A stretch of 64,000 nt of DNA from Nemertoderma westbladi (taxonomy: Eukaryota > Animalia > Xenacoelomorpha): positions 62,001 to 126,000 of the forward strand of contig JAUCBJ010007945.1 in assembly GCA_032718475.1 (NCBI GenBank). The letters are read 5' to 3'. Shown piece after piece: positions 50,863 to 62,807 of this stretch. The notes beneath the pieces were generated by a model. That model was not told the origin of the DNA. It saw only the letters and a list, made by a program, of their open reading frames with translations, and ran no database searches. The position numbers were made by a program, and so were the translations under genes. Numbering within the stretch: the stretch's first letter is position 1; every line of letters begins with the position of its first letter.

Positions 50863-53800
50863 ATGAGTCAGTCGGGAGAGATAACACCGACGCGGACCCC
50901 GGACGAAGAACAAACGATCCGCGAGGCCGCGACCAGGCGGTATAGGCCCACGACGCCGGAGCCATCGGTAACGGGCGACCCGGAAGTTCAAGATGAGGGG
51001 GACCATCTGGAGTCAGAAGCCGAGTCGAGAGGAGGGGGAATCGAGTCGGAGGATAGAGAGAACGAGCTCGAGGGAGAAGGAGACGAGTCGACACGGGACG
51101 GGGGTCGACGCACCGGTGTCGCCGGCCTGCCACAGGCTGAGGGCGACGAGCGGCCCACCGAAACGGCGACGGTGGGGCCGACGGTGCGGCGCCGGACGCG
51201 GAGAAACGGAGGAGAAATCGGTACCGATGTCGCCGGCCAGCCACAGGCCAAGGGCGACGGACGGCCCGCACCGGCGACGGTGGGGCCGCCGGTACGACGT
51301 CGAACCCAGAGAGACGGACGAGAGGTCGGCGACGAGGACGTCGGGGTTTCTGAGCGACTTCGACGGGCCTACAACGCGACCCGGAGACTACTAGAGGAGG
51401 CCAGAAAGGGGAAAACGATAGACGAGGTAAAACTAAAATCAGGACTAGGTAAGTCGGACAGACATTTATATTATCTAATGCGCTTCGGGCAGAGAGAATT
51501 GGCCGAGGAGAGAGCAAAAGGGATTGCCAGCGAACTGTTTGGACTGTGGGAATGTGGGAGTATGGAACCTAGCGTAGCGTCAGTGTACATAGGGCCATAC
51601 TTGGTCGATGCCCGGGGAGTAAAATTAGTGGGTTGGAGGGGACCTGAAGGGGGCGAATCCGAGGTTAACCCCGAGGATTCGGCCTCGTCGGTCGGAGGAA
51701 GTTCCGGGAAGCGGGGGAAAGTTAGTAGATCGGGAAGGCGGAGGGAGTCCGTCACAACCGATAAGTCTGCTACATCCTCCGCAAAAGAAAGACTGGTGAG
51801 AGAGATAGGTGCCGCGTACCGTCTCGACCTGGTAGAGCAAGGTCAGAGGGAAATGGATAAACAGTTAGAGGAGGGGAGAATGCGGCTAGAAAGGGAAACG
51901 GTATTGATTAGAGAAACCGGAGAGAGGGCCGAAAGGGCTTTGAGAAGCCTTAGGGAGTATGAGGAAATAGAGAGGAAGGAACGAGAGGAGCGTGTGGCGG
52001 AACGCAAGGAGCGTGAGGCGAGAGTGTCCCACAGCCGTCAGCGGATAATGCGCGGGCCGAGATAGGTAAACCGCAACACCCGGCGACGGAAAGTAATAGG
52101 GGGATTGCGAGTATCCCCAGCGGCGTGCGACCGAGCAGAGAGAGATAGGTTGACGTCGTAAGAGGACGGACGAAGCGTCGAGCCCGATCAGAAGAGGGAA
52201 GAAGAATAGTGGGGTTTAACCGGGAGGTCGACGAGAGATCTCACGAGCGGGAATACTCCACTGAAAGGAGAAGAAGAGAAGACAGTAGTAGAGGTATCGC
52301 CGCGAACGATAGAAGAGCGAGGACGGATAGCGAGCCGTCGGTAGTTGAGATGAGAACGGAGAGTCAGTGGGGTCGGACTCCGGGAGATTGCCGTCGCCCC
52401 GGAGAGATGCGACCCGGCGAGGCGCACTACGCGCCGATGGAGGGGTACGCGATGTACCGGTACGAAGACGAGAACAGTAGAGGGGGGGGGTCGAAGAGAA
52501 ACTTTCCGACGGAATACACCTATCGATCGAGAATACGGTAGCCGCGGGGAGGACTATTCGAGAAGAATAAACTTCGATCCCGAGCGACACATGCAGACTG
52601 TAGGACATACTGTAGGCCTTACTGCACATACCATAGGCCATACTGAGAGAGGCAATATAGGGGATAGGATAGCGCGGGCAACGGGATTAAACCCAGAAGT
52701 CGCGGAATACATACCGACGAGTAGGCCAGAAGTTGATAGGCCTATACCGGTACCAGTACAGCAGTATGACTACAGCATGCAGGGACATAACATATACCCA
52801 GGGGAGGGGGGAATTATTGCGGATAGGTGTATGGGCCCCAACATATTAACATCAACCCCAGTACCAAACATACCGGCGGGGGGGGGGGGGACAGGGTGAC
52901 ATTCCCCCATCACAACATCAACAATATACCCCGATAGGAGCAAGAACAACGAGACCCTTGGATGAGAACAGATCGTGTGATACAGACATATGAAGGGGGC
53001 CGCTACCCCCGATGACATACCCAAGTCAGAGAAAGTCAAGAAATAGGACGGACGAACCGTACCAGACAGGAGAAACTACACAACATCCGTCGAACCCATT
53101 GGAAGCACAGGCGATGGGGATGGCCACGTTGATCGATGCGTTGAAAACGAGGATCGAGCTACCACCCGTGGAACCATTCAAATTCGATGGGAGCAGGCCG
53201 GAAGAATATCTACAGTTTCGGCGCATGTATAGTAACGAAATACTAACGAAAAACTTGACGCAGGCGGAGTGCCTAAAGTATCTGCAAGTATACACGGGAG
53301 GCCCAGCATACGATATCGTGAGGCAATATCAAGGAATAGAGGGAGGCTTCACGACAGCATGGCGGGCACTGGATAGGGAATACGGGCACCCGGCCAAGAT
53401 CATCAGGCAGACGCTGAGAGGCATAACATCGGGTGGCCTACAGGATAATCCCGTTAGCATTAAGACGATCGCTAACAAAGTCAAAAAGGCGCTAATCATG
53501 CTGAAAACGTTAGACGCGCCATACGAGCTCAACGCGTCCAATAACATCACCACGATAGCGCAGGCACTACCAAACTGGCTGCGCAACAAGTGGAGGAAGA
53601 TCGCTTTCTCCACTCGAGATAAGAAGGGTGCGGAACCGGGTTTAGAAGAAATGTCTAACTTCTTAAACTATGAGGCTGAACTAATAACTGACCGAGTCTA
53701 TAGCGAAGATAGCCTGGGAAAGGGACCAAAGACGGATTACCATAGACCGAAGCCAGAGCACTATATATCTAACGCATTACCGAGACTCAGGCAATCATTG

Positions 53801-56800
53801 CCATATGCAGCGACGCAGGGGACTGCAAGTCCATAGCTAGCCGAAGATAAGACAACACCATGGAATGGACAGGGAAACAATAACAACACGAACAAACATA
53901 ACCCCAGTACGTCCACTAGGCCGAATCCGAACAATAAGAATAGTAGGGACTTTGGTACGAACGCAACTGCGATACGCAATGCGCTGTATAAAGAGGGCTA
54001 TGATCCAAAGAGCAAATGCCAGCTACACGCAAATGCGCTTCATCAAACCATGAACTGCAGGTACTGGCAGGCGCTACCTAGGCAAGATCAGATAGATTAT
54101 GCGTCGAGCAATAAAATCTGCTCGCGATGTGTAATGAGTGGACATAGAGCAAGGGAGTGCAAGGAGAAGCCGATAAAATTTGGTCAGAGGAGAGGCCAAA
54201 CGATGGCGACGAGCACAGTAGGGGCGAAGAAGAGAGGAACGGTGTTACTTGGAGTAGTACCCGTGCGAGTGATTGGGGAAGGCAATCGATCAGTAACAAC
54301 ACTAATGCTGGTTGATAGTGGAGCTGCCTTCACATTAGTCGAGGAATGGGTGGCCGAAGAGATAGGATTGAGAACGTGGCCAAGCAGAATGGCGGTAACA
54401 ACCATCTCTAGCAAAGATGAGATCCTGGAGATGAGAACAGGACGGTGCGCAATTGCAGCAGTGGCACCAGGATGCGACTATGGGGCAACCATCGACCCCA
54501 TCCAAGTGATAGAGTCAATTAATATCAATGCCAGGCGGCCAACCAACATCGAGGTCGAGCAGTATAAATTCCTGGACGACATTGACTTCTCAATCCCAGA
54601 CGTGGACGTTAGGAAGGTATCCATCATAGTAGGGATGGACTGCCCAACGGCCCACGAAAGAATGCAAACAGTCTTCGGCGAAGACAAGCAGTGTGACCCG
54701 GTGGCGATATTAACACCATTCGGGTGGACGCTGAGTGGCCCAATCAAGAGCAAGATACCATTTAGGATGTCGGAGACATCAGGATGCATGTTCGCGGGAA
54801 CAATGCAGGAAATGGGTGACGAGGGAGCAGAGGAGCAGCTTAAAAGACTGCTCAGACAGGATTTCGAGGGACTGAAAGAAACCGGGGTCGGGACCTCGGT
54901 AGAAGACAAGCAGGCTTTACAAAGCGTGGAGGAATCGATGACATGCAATGAGGGGCGGTATACTATAGGAATGGTATGGAAGCTACCGAAGATACCGCTG
55001 CCCGACAATAGAGGGATGGTACTCACGAGACTCCGCAAGCTGAAACAAACACTAAAACGGAGCCCCGAGAAGAATGAGTACATCCACAGAACAATTAAGA
55101 AGTACGTCGAGAAAGGATGGGCCGTGGAGTTACCGGTCGACGAGCCGAACACGGACAGGACATATTACCTGCCACTACACGTGGCTTTAGACCCAAAGAA
55201 AGGTAAACTACGGATGGTAGTCGACGCATCGGCAAAGACCGACCGGAAAATGCTTAAACGACTACCTGTTAGAAGGCCCAAACATATACAATTCGGGCAT
55301 AGAGGTGTTACTTAGATTTAGAAATGGGAAACACGCCTTCACGTGTGACATAGAAGGCATGTTCAACCAAGTCCGTGTAACGGAAGAAGATAGCGACAGT
55401 CAACGCTTCTTATGGTATAACGGCGAGGAAGAACCATCGATAATACCGGCATATAAGATGGTAGTACAGAACATGGGGGCCAAGTCGTCTTCATTTACGA
55501 CGACTATGGCAGTGAGAGACACAGTGAAAGGGAAGGAAGATAGATACAGCAGTAGGGCCGTCGATATGATTCGACGCGGCTTCTACGTAGACGACGGAAT
55601 GGAGTCTGGAAATACGGTTAAGGAGATACTGGACACAGGGCGCGAGGTTCGCGACATCCTAAAAGGATCCGGCTTTAACCTGACCAAATTCCAATCCAGT
55701 TCGGAAGAATTTATCAAGGCGATAGAGGACAAGAGACCAGAATCGACCATGGATAATCCCACAACAGCCAAAGGGCAGGACATGGCGATTAAGAGAACAG
55801 AATCTCAACAGAAGGCACTAGGAATCGTGTGGAACAGAAAGACAGACGAACTGAAGTATCAGCTGAGCCAGGGGGCGCAGACATCCACACGAAGAGGGGC
55901 TATGTATCGTATATAGCAAGGATATACGATCCCCTAGGCCTAGCATCCCCATTATTAGTCACGGGGAAACAGATACTCAAAAGAGTATACAAATTGAAGG
56001 ATGAGTGGGACGTAGAGGTACCAGAGGAAATCAAAAAACAGTGGATCAAGTGGACAGGAGACTTGGAGGAGATGGGAACATACAACATGCCACGAGTGTA
56101 TTTCCCGGATGGGGACATGAGGAATCTGGACCTACACATGTTCTCCGACGCGTCGTTGGAAGCGTACGGAGCGGCACTCTACTTAGTACAACGAGAGGGG
56201 GCTCATAAGCCCAGATTAGCCTTTAGCAAAGCAAAGTCAACGCCGCCAGATTCAGCATCAGTTCCCAAGTTAGAATTGACAGCTGCGAGACTAGGAGTTA
56301 GAGCCACAGCCTACCTAGTGGATACTATTCCCAACATAGTAGAGACACACTACTGGACGGACTCTATGGTAGTGCTTGGTTGGCTACACAACGAAAGGAC
56401 GAGATACCCGATATTCGTCGCGAATAGAGTGGACGAAATAAGGGCGAGCACAGAACTGGAAAGGTGGCACTACTGCCCAACGGACGAGAACCCAGCGGAC
56501 TTGTTGTCGAGGGGCGTGGTACGCCACACTTTCTTGAAGAAGGAAGTATTGTGGCAACATGGGCCACAATTTCTGAGCGATAAGGAGGCCTGGCCGCCGA
56601 TGAGAAAGGTGGATCCGGGCTCAGAAGTAGTGTCAGAGGGAGAAGAGGGAGATTCAGAGGGGGAAGAGATATACTCCCAGATGGTGAGGGAGATTAGGGA
56701 CGTGCAACCAGGACGAGAACTGTGCGATAACCCGACGGATAAACTCCTCAGCTACAGTTCTAGTTGGTATAAGACCAAGAAACTAGTGGCGTACTGGAGA

Positions 56801-58202
56801 GCCTTCGGGAATTTCCTTGCGGGAGTTGGCAAGGACAAGAAGATCAGGACAACCATAGATCTGGAAGGAGCGGCCAAGGCAGTGATCCGCTATGAACAAC
56901 GGAAGAACTATAGCGACGAGGTGGAACGCGTCGGTAACCAACAGCACCTCCGACGGGACAGCGAGCTGATTACGCTGTCGCCACAACTCAGTGACGACGG
57001 GATTCTAGTAATGAATTCTAGGGTGGGATACAACAACAGTCGTACCACCGAAACCCATCATCATTCCCACAGGATCGCCAATAGTCCACCAGATTATCTG
57101 GGACTCCCACAAATCGATATTACATGGGGGCACCAACCGAACCCTCACAGAGATAAGGAGGACCTATTGGGTCAAACAGCTGAGGAAGAAGGTAAAAGCG
57201 GTAGTGGGGCAGTGCCAGACCTGCCGACGAGCGAAGAAGGAGCGAGCCATACAGGAGATGGCGCCACTACCGGCGAGTAGGGTAAGACAGCACGACCCGC
57301 CATTTACGCATTGCGGTGTGGACATGTTCGGGCCGATAAAGATCAAAGTGATGCGACACACGGAGAAACGCTATGGCATTATCTTCGTATGCAACAACAC
57401 ACGGGCGGTAGGGATAGAACTCGCCCAAGATGCAACCGCATCAGCATTCATTAATGCCTTAGAAAGGTTTAGAGACCACAAAGGTGGGACGATCGCAGTG
57501 ATATACAGCGACAACGGCACCAACTTTGTGGGCGCAGAGAGTGAGATGGCAGAGGCCTTGGACATCTTGGAGGGAGAAGAAGTCAGGGCAGCCATGAGAC
57601 GACGACAAGTAAAGTGGGAGAGAAGGACGCCGTATGCACCACATACACTAGGATGCGTCGAGAGACTGGTGGGCAGTTCAAAGCGTCTAATGACGAAGCT
57701 AATGAACACCCACATGGTCACTGAGGACGTCTTACGGACAGTACTTGCGAAGTGCGAGGGGATCATTAATAGCAGACCGCTATATCCGGAGAATGATGAC
57801 CCTGAGTCATTAGACGTGCTGACGCCTAGCCATTTCCTGATGGAAAGGCCAGCGACCATCGATATGCGGGGTGTAGACCCAGATGAAAGTTGGAAAGTCG
57901 CTAAAGCAATAAGCGCAGAGTATTGGAGGAGGTGGGTCGAGGAATACCTACCCACACTCCATAAAAGGAGTAAGTGGAGGAAGCCAAATAGGGAGTTAAG
58001 AGAGGGAGATCTCGTAATCGTTACGGATGATACTATCATCAACAACCAATGGCGGTTGGCGAGAGTTGTAGGCACTTACTCCGACGAGGATGGAAGAGTC
58101 CGATCGGTAGAAGTGCGGATAGGTGGTAAGATAGGTGCGAAGGACAGAAAAACCTACAGGAGAGCTGTAGGGAAATTCTGTCTGCTAGAAGGAGCACCTT
58201 AG
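50863..58202 (+). pseudogene. BEL/Pao gag-pol, fragmented by frameshifts and stops
   Basis: DUF1759-like gag (ELPPVEPFKFDG...AWRALDREYG), knuckle CSRCVMSGHRAREC, protease LVDSGA, RT DIEGMFNQV...FYVDD, RNase H FSDAS...PKLEL...WTDS...NPADLLSRG, integrase GVDMFGP...SDNGTNFVG...GKFCLLE. Confidence 0.93.
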
Positions 58203-58354
58203 TGGAATTAGAGAAGAGTTTAGTCGTCCAAGATTTGGACTGAGGGGGGTGGGATTGAGGGCGAGACGCCCTTCCCACGCAAGAAAAAATGGAAAATAAT
58301 AATAAAATAAATAAGTACATAGTAGGTACGCAGTTAGTAGGCAGAAGTTAGTTA

Positions 58355-59060
58355 AGAGGTACGTAGTACCTAGTTAGTTAGTTAGAGTTAGAGGGTACGT
58401 AAGTACCGCTAGTTAGTTAGAGTTAGAGGGTACGTAGTACCGCTAGTTAGTTAGAGAGTTAGAGGGTACGTAAGTACCGCTAGTTAGTTAGAGTTAGAGG
58501 GTACGTAGTACCGCTAGTTAGTTAGAGAGTTAGAGGGTATGTAAGTACCGCTAGTTAGTTAGAGTTAGAGGGTACATAGTACCGCTAGTTAGTTAGAGAG
58601 TTAGAGGGTACGTAAGTACCGCTAGTTAGTTAGAGTTAGAGGGTACGTAAGTACCACTAGTTAGTTAGAGTTAGAGGGTACGTAGTACCGCTAGTTAGTT
58701 AGAGAGTTAGAGGGTACGTAAGTACCGCTAGTTAGTTAGAGAGTTAGAGGGTACGTAAGTACCGCTAGTTAGTTAGAGTTAGAGGGTACGTAAGTACCGC
58801 TAGTTAGTTAGAGTTAGAGGGTACGTAGTACCGCTAGTTAGTTAGAGAGTTAGAGGGTACGTAAGTACCGTTAGTTAGTTAGAGAGTTAGAGGGTACGTA
58901 AGTACCGCTGTTAGTTAGAGTTAGAGGGTACGTAGTACCGCTAGTTAGTTAGAGAGTTAGGGGGTACGTAGTACCGTTAGTTAGAGGAGAGTTAGAGGGT
59001 ACGTAGTACCGTTAGTTAATTGGAATTAGAGTTAGAGGGTACGTAGTACCGTTAGTTAGA
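58355..59060. repeat. 34-37 bp tandem repeat in the pol-to-accessory-ORF spacer of family B, about 20 copies
   Basis: Unit TAGTTAGTTAGAGTTAGAGGGTACGTAAGTACCGC with indel variants. Confidence 0.93.
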
Positions 59061-59548
59061 AGAGAGAGAGTAAGAGGTAAAAGGGGTATATAAGATATAG
59101 ATATTAGTTAGCAGTTAGTAGCGAGAGGGGGGCATGTGAGTACAGCTGGGTAAATCGTGTGGCCACACGACGCATACTGCTGTACTACATAGGCCCACAG
59201 AGTAGGCCAGAATGTGGATTAGAGAATAGAATAATCCATAGGCAGTAGTAAGTAGTAGGACAGTAGAATCAAAATTAAATAGATAAATAAATAGAATAGG
59301 GCTGAAAGTTACAAATAATGGCAACACAAGGAAAGTTATTCTAGAACATAATAAAAGTAACGGACAGAAATCGTAAATTACGCTCATTTACTAGCTTCAA
59401 AATTAATTAGTAATAATTTAGGCTAAAAGGCGCAGTTAAGTAAGAAATAGGCCATTATCGGACCGTACAGAACATCCTAGATTCATCACTCATCTGTATT
59501 GCGCCTTGGTAAGGCACCACCTTGCAGGTGAGCGAGTGAGTGTTCGGA

Positions 59549-62095
59549 ATGGCGAGCAAGTTGATCAGAAAGAGAAAGGCGGAGTCAGGAGGAAAGGAGA
59601 TACTGGTGGATTTCACCGAGAGGCATCCGGAAGAGAAGACGAGAGGATATTACGAGAGGTTGGAAAGGGGTCACGCGGCACGAGCGCTGCAGGATCACTT
59701 CCGGGAGATGAACGAACAGTGGCTGGTCGGGACCTATGGGACGCCGTCGCTGGACAACGCGATCTTCCAACACTTCCACTACGTGGTGAAAGGGGACGAG
59801 GCGAAGTTCGGGATTCCGAAGTACCCAAGGGAATCACCGAGGAAGGACTGGAAGAGATTCATAGAATCCGTCAACAGAGGAGGATATATGATCCTAGACG
59901 ATGAGGGAACCGTGGAAGACGAGGCGGGTTCGAGACGAGGAACGGCGGGGTCGGCCAGGACCATACTCCTACATTTGGCCGCGCCAAATGGGGACATCTT
60001 CTTATTCGATCTAGGAATGTATGGGAAGAAGGACGGGCCGAAATTAAACCGGTTACCGAAAGCGGTACAAGTCTTGGTAAGAGAGAAGTCGACGACGAAA
60101 GTGGGATCGGCGATTCGCGAGGATGCGGAGAGAATCGTCGGTCCGGACGCCACCAACCTCCTGGATATGCTGAAGGTCTTTATGGCTATGACGGCACCGG
60201 ATGGGTTGGGGGTAGTCGAAAACACAGGCCAATGCGGGGCGGTGGCAATGGGCCAATTATTGGGGCTCGTGTGCCACAAACCGATGGATTGGGGGAAGTT
60301 TAGGGAAGAATACGGAGCAGAACTAGCGAACTCGCTAAAGTGGGGAGCGAGACCGGGAAAGCAGGAGGTATATCAATTCCGCAGGGGAGCGATAAAGGTA
60401 TATCAGAAGCGATATATCCTGCAGGAGGACTGGATGATGACAAGTTTGCTTAACTTATTCATGACCGTGGTTATCGAGAGGGAACCAGGGGCATTTCTGT
60501 TATCGGGATCACCCCTAAGCTACAGGAGAGCCTTTAAAGTGGCCTTCGACGGTCTGGTAGACCACCCGGGGCTGAAGGGCGAGTCGGTGTACTACAACAG
60601 CCGGCATCTGGTAGACGGGGAGACAGATACACCGTATCAGAGATGGGAGCAGCTAGAAACGGATAGACGAGAAGCAAAGCGACTAGAGGAAGTCGCCAGA
60701 CGGGAGAGGATAGAAGCAGAGGAGAGGGAAGAGGAGGCCAGGACACAGAGTTACGGCTTCGAGGAACAGGCAGGCCTAGACGAACTTCATTGGACTTCAT
60801 CAGGGAGTTCGGGGGAGCTTCTAGGGCGAGAACTGGGATGGACGGTGGGATCACCGAAACAGTCGATGTCGGGGTTGCAAACGATGCCCATACCAGCGGG
60901 CGCCGAAGGCGACCAACCGCCAAGGAAGTTAAGGGAGTTAGAGGGATGGAGAGCTACGGGCGAGAGCCAAGGCGGGAAGGGACATAGTGGATCCATCGGG
61001 ATACCGGGGTTGGAGTCACTGCCAGAGGAGGAGGACGACGACGACGAGTTTGGAGAGATGCCGCCCATCGAGAGGATAGGCCACTCGGACACGGACTGGG
61101 TTGGCGGGAGGGTGGTGACGACCAGTGGGGCGAGAGCCTTCTGGGACAAACCCGGCAAGCGGGCCTGGGTGCACAAGGAGCCGGCGATGGATTTCGCGGG
61201 GAGCACTATCAGGTTGGGCAGGCAACCGGGGACGGCACCACGGGTAGTATTCGGGGAGACGATGCCCAAGAGGGGCGGAGAGATCGACGTAGACAGAGAT
61301 GCTAACGTGGAGAAATTCGCCTATCAGCGACTCCACAGACCGCGGAGATTGCTTGGGATGAAAGACGACGTGGGGCGGGAGACATTGGTACTCGGTTGCG
61401 GCTACTGTGGGAGACAGACCCACCAGGAAAGGAGCTGCTTGTACCGGTTCCAGAAGGGAACCTTTTGTCTCTACTGCCGAGAGCCAAGCCACAGGATGGG
61501 GGCGTGTCCACGGTTGCATAACCGATGTCCAAAGTGCCACTTTCGGGGACACTACGGACGCGAGTGCGACTGGATGAACGACGAGGAGAAGTTCACAAGA
61601 TTCGAGGAGTGGGCCGACGTCGGGGCCATGACGCGTCAGCACATGAAGGCCCAGGAGTTCAAGTGGGGTTTCTTCCTTATCAATCAGGAGACTCACATGG
61701 AAATCATAAAGCGGAGGCTACTGTTTACCTACCAAGAGGTAGCAACGGCGGCGTCGTACGCCGGAGTGATGAACACGCAAAGATATTTGGACAGGTGGAC
61801 GCCACAGAACCGAAGGGAGTTTAGGGATTTCTTGGCGGAGCATGTACCGCAAGCAATGAAAATGATCCTATGGGACGCCACCAGAGGGAGACAACCGGGC
61901 CACTCTGAGGGGCCACCGGCGAAGCGATATCGGGCACTAATAACACCAGCGCCCAAGGAGCCAACGACCGGGATCAGCAGGGAGGTGGCGGCGAAGGTCC
62001 GAAAGCAGAAAGCGGATCCCAGAGGAACGGTGGTAACCAAGAAACGACCCAGGGAAGAGGACGCCAGGGGGAACTATCCCCAGAGGAACAGATAG
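59549..62095 (+). CDS. BEL/Pao accessory ORF (about 848 aa): DnaQ/WRN-like 3'-5' exonuclease, acidic/Gly linker, three Cys/His zinc knuckles and basic tail
   Basis: First ATG at 59549; ILDDEG (Exo I), LPKAVQVLVREKSTTKVGSAIRED (Exo II), LLDMLKV, YILQE (Exo III variant); CGYCGRQTHQERSC, CLYCREPSHRMGAC, CPKCHFRGHYGREC. Confidence 0.82.
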   Translation: MASKLIRKRKAESGGKEILVDFTERHPEEKTRGYYERLERGHAARALQDHFREMNEQWLVGTYGTPSLDNAIFQHFHYVVKGDEAKFGIPKYPRESPRKDWKRFIESVNRGGYMILDDEGTVEDEAGSRRGTAGSARTILLHLAAPNGDIFLFDLGMYGKKDGPKLNRLPKAVQVLVREKSTTKVGSAIREDAERIVGPDATNLLDMLKVFMAMTAPDGLGVVENTGQCGAVAMGQLLGLVCHKPMDWGKFREEYGAELANSLKWGARPGKQEVYQFRRGAIKVYQKRYILQEDWMMTSLLNLFMTVVIEREPGAFLLSGSPLSYRRAFKVAFDGLVDHPGLKGESVYYNSRHLVDGETDTPYQRWEQLETDRREAKRLEEVARRERIEAEEREEEARTQSYGFEEQAGLDELHWTSSGSSGELLGRELGWTVGSPKQSMSGLQTMPIPAGAEGDQPPRKLRELEGWRATGESQGGKGHSGSIGIPGLESLPEEEDDDDEFGEMPPIERIGHSDTDWVGGRVVTTSGARAFWDKPGKRAWVHKEPAMDFAGSTIRLGRQPGTAPRVVFGETMPKRGGEIDVDRDANVEKFAYQRLHRPRRLLGMKDDVGRETLVLGCGYCGRQTHQERSCLYRFQKGTFCLYCREPSHRMGACPRLHNRCPKCHFRGHYGRECDWMNDEEKFTRFEEWADVGAMTRQHMKAQEFKWGFFLINQETHMEIIKRRLLFTYQEVATAASYAGVMNTQRYLDRWTPQNRREFRDFLAEHVPQAMKMILWDATRGRQPGHSEGPPAKRYRALITPAPKEPTTGISREVAAKVRKQKADPRGTVVTKKRPREEDARGNYPQRNR

Positions 62096-62807
62096 GTTCC
62101 CAGAGTCGAGGGAGAGAGACTGGGACTTGGACGTGGTACGCCTGGAAGGCGCCGCGTGAGACGTACGAACTATTAAGTACAAATCTAATTAATGCAAATA
62201 ATCATATAAGTGCAATTTGTATGTACGTACGTAGTAATTAGTAATCTACAAATATACGTTCGGAGTAAGTACTATAGTCATACAACCTTTCTCAATTAGC
62301 TACTGGGACTGGGGGATAACTGACTATGGCACTATGGACGAGACACCAGACAATTTCACACTTCTTGAGTGCGACGGCACAAGAGGGGGGGGGAGATTCG
62401 TCAGGAGGAATGAGGTAGTCAAAGTGGGGTTGAGGGACGGAGTAATAGAGCGAAGTGCAGAGAGAGTGCGGACGCAATTCTAGTGTGGGGGGGGGGGGAG
62501 AATAAGAGGCTGAGTGAGGGACGAGGAGGTCCGAGTGTATGAGAGAGTTAGGATGAGAGTGAAGAAGAGATAGGGCGGAAGTGTTGGGGAAACAAAAGTT
62601 GCGTGAGAGGTGAACGCGATCGGCCCGACATGAGACGCCAGGCACACAGGGTAGCGTTATCATACCCATAGGGAGCGGCCTGGAAAGCCGGCTCCGAGAG
62701 AAAAGAATTCCACCCCACACCCGATACTAGATCGGGATCCAGCGGGATTGTAGCGCACTTTTTTGGTTGATGCTATCTTCTTACCGGGAAGATAGCATGG
62801 GGGGGAG

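Noticed and set aside
59549-62095. Envelope glycoprotein call for the accessory ORFs
   Set aside because: No signal peptide or transmembrane segment seen; exonuclease and zinc-knuckle motifs are present instead.
50245-62720. Many short antisense and alternate-frame ORFs in family B
   Set aside because: Shadows of GA-rich coding sequence with no recognisable motifs.
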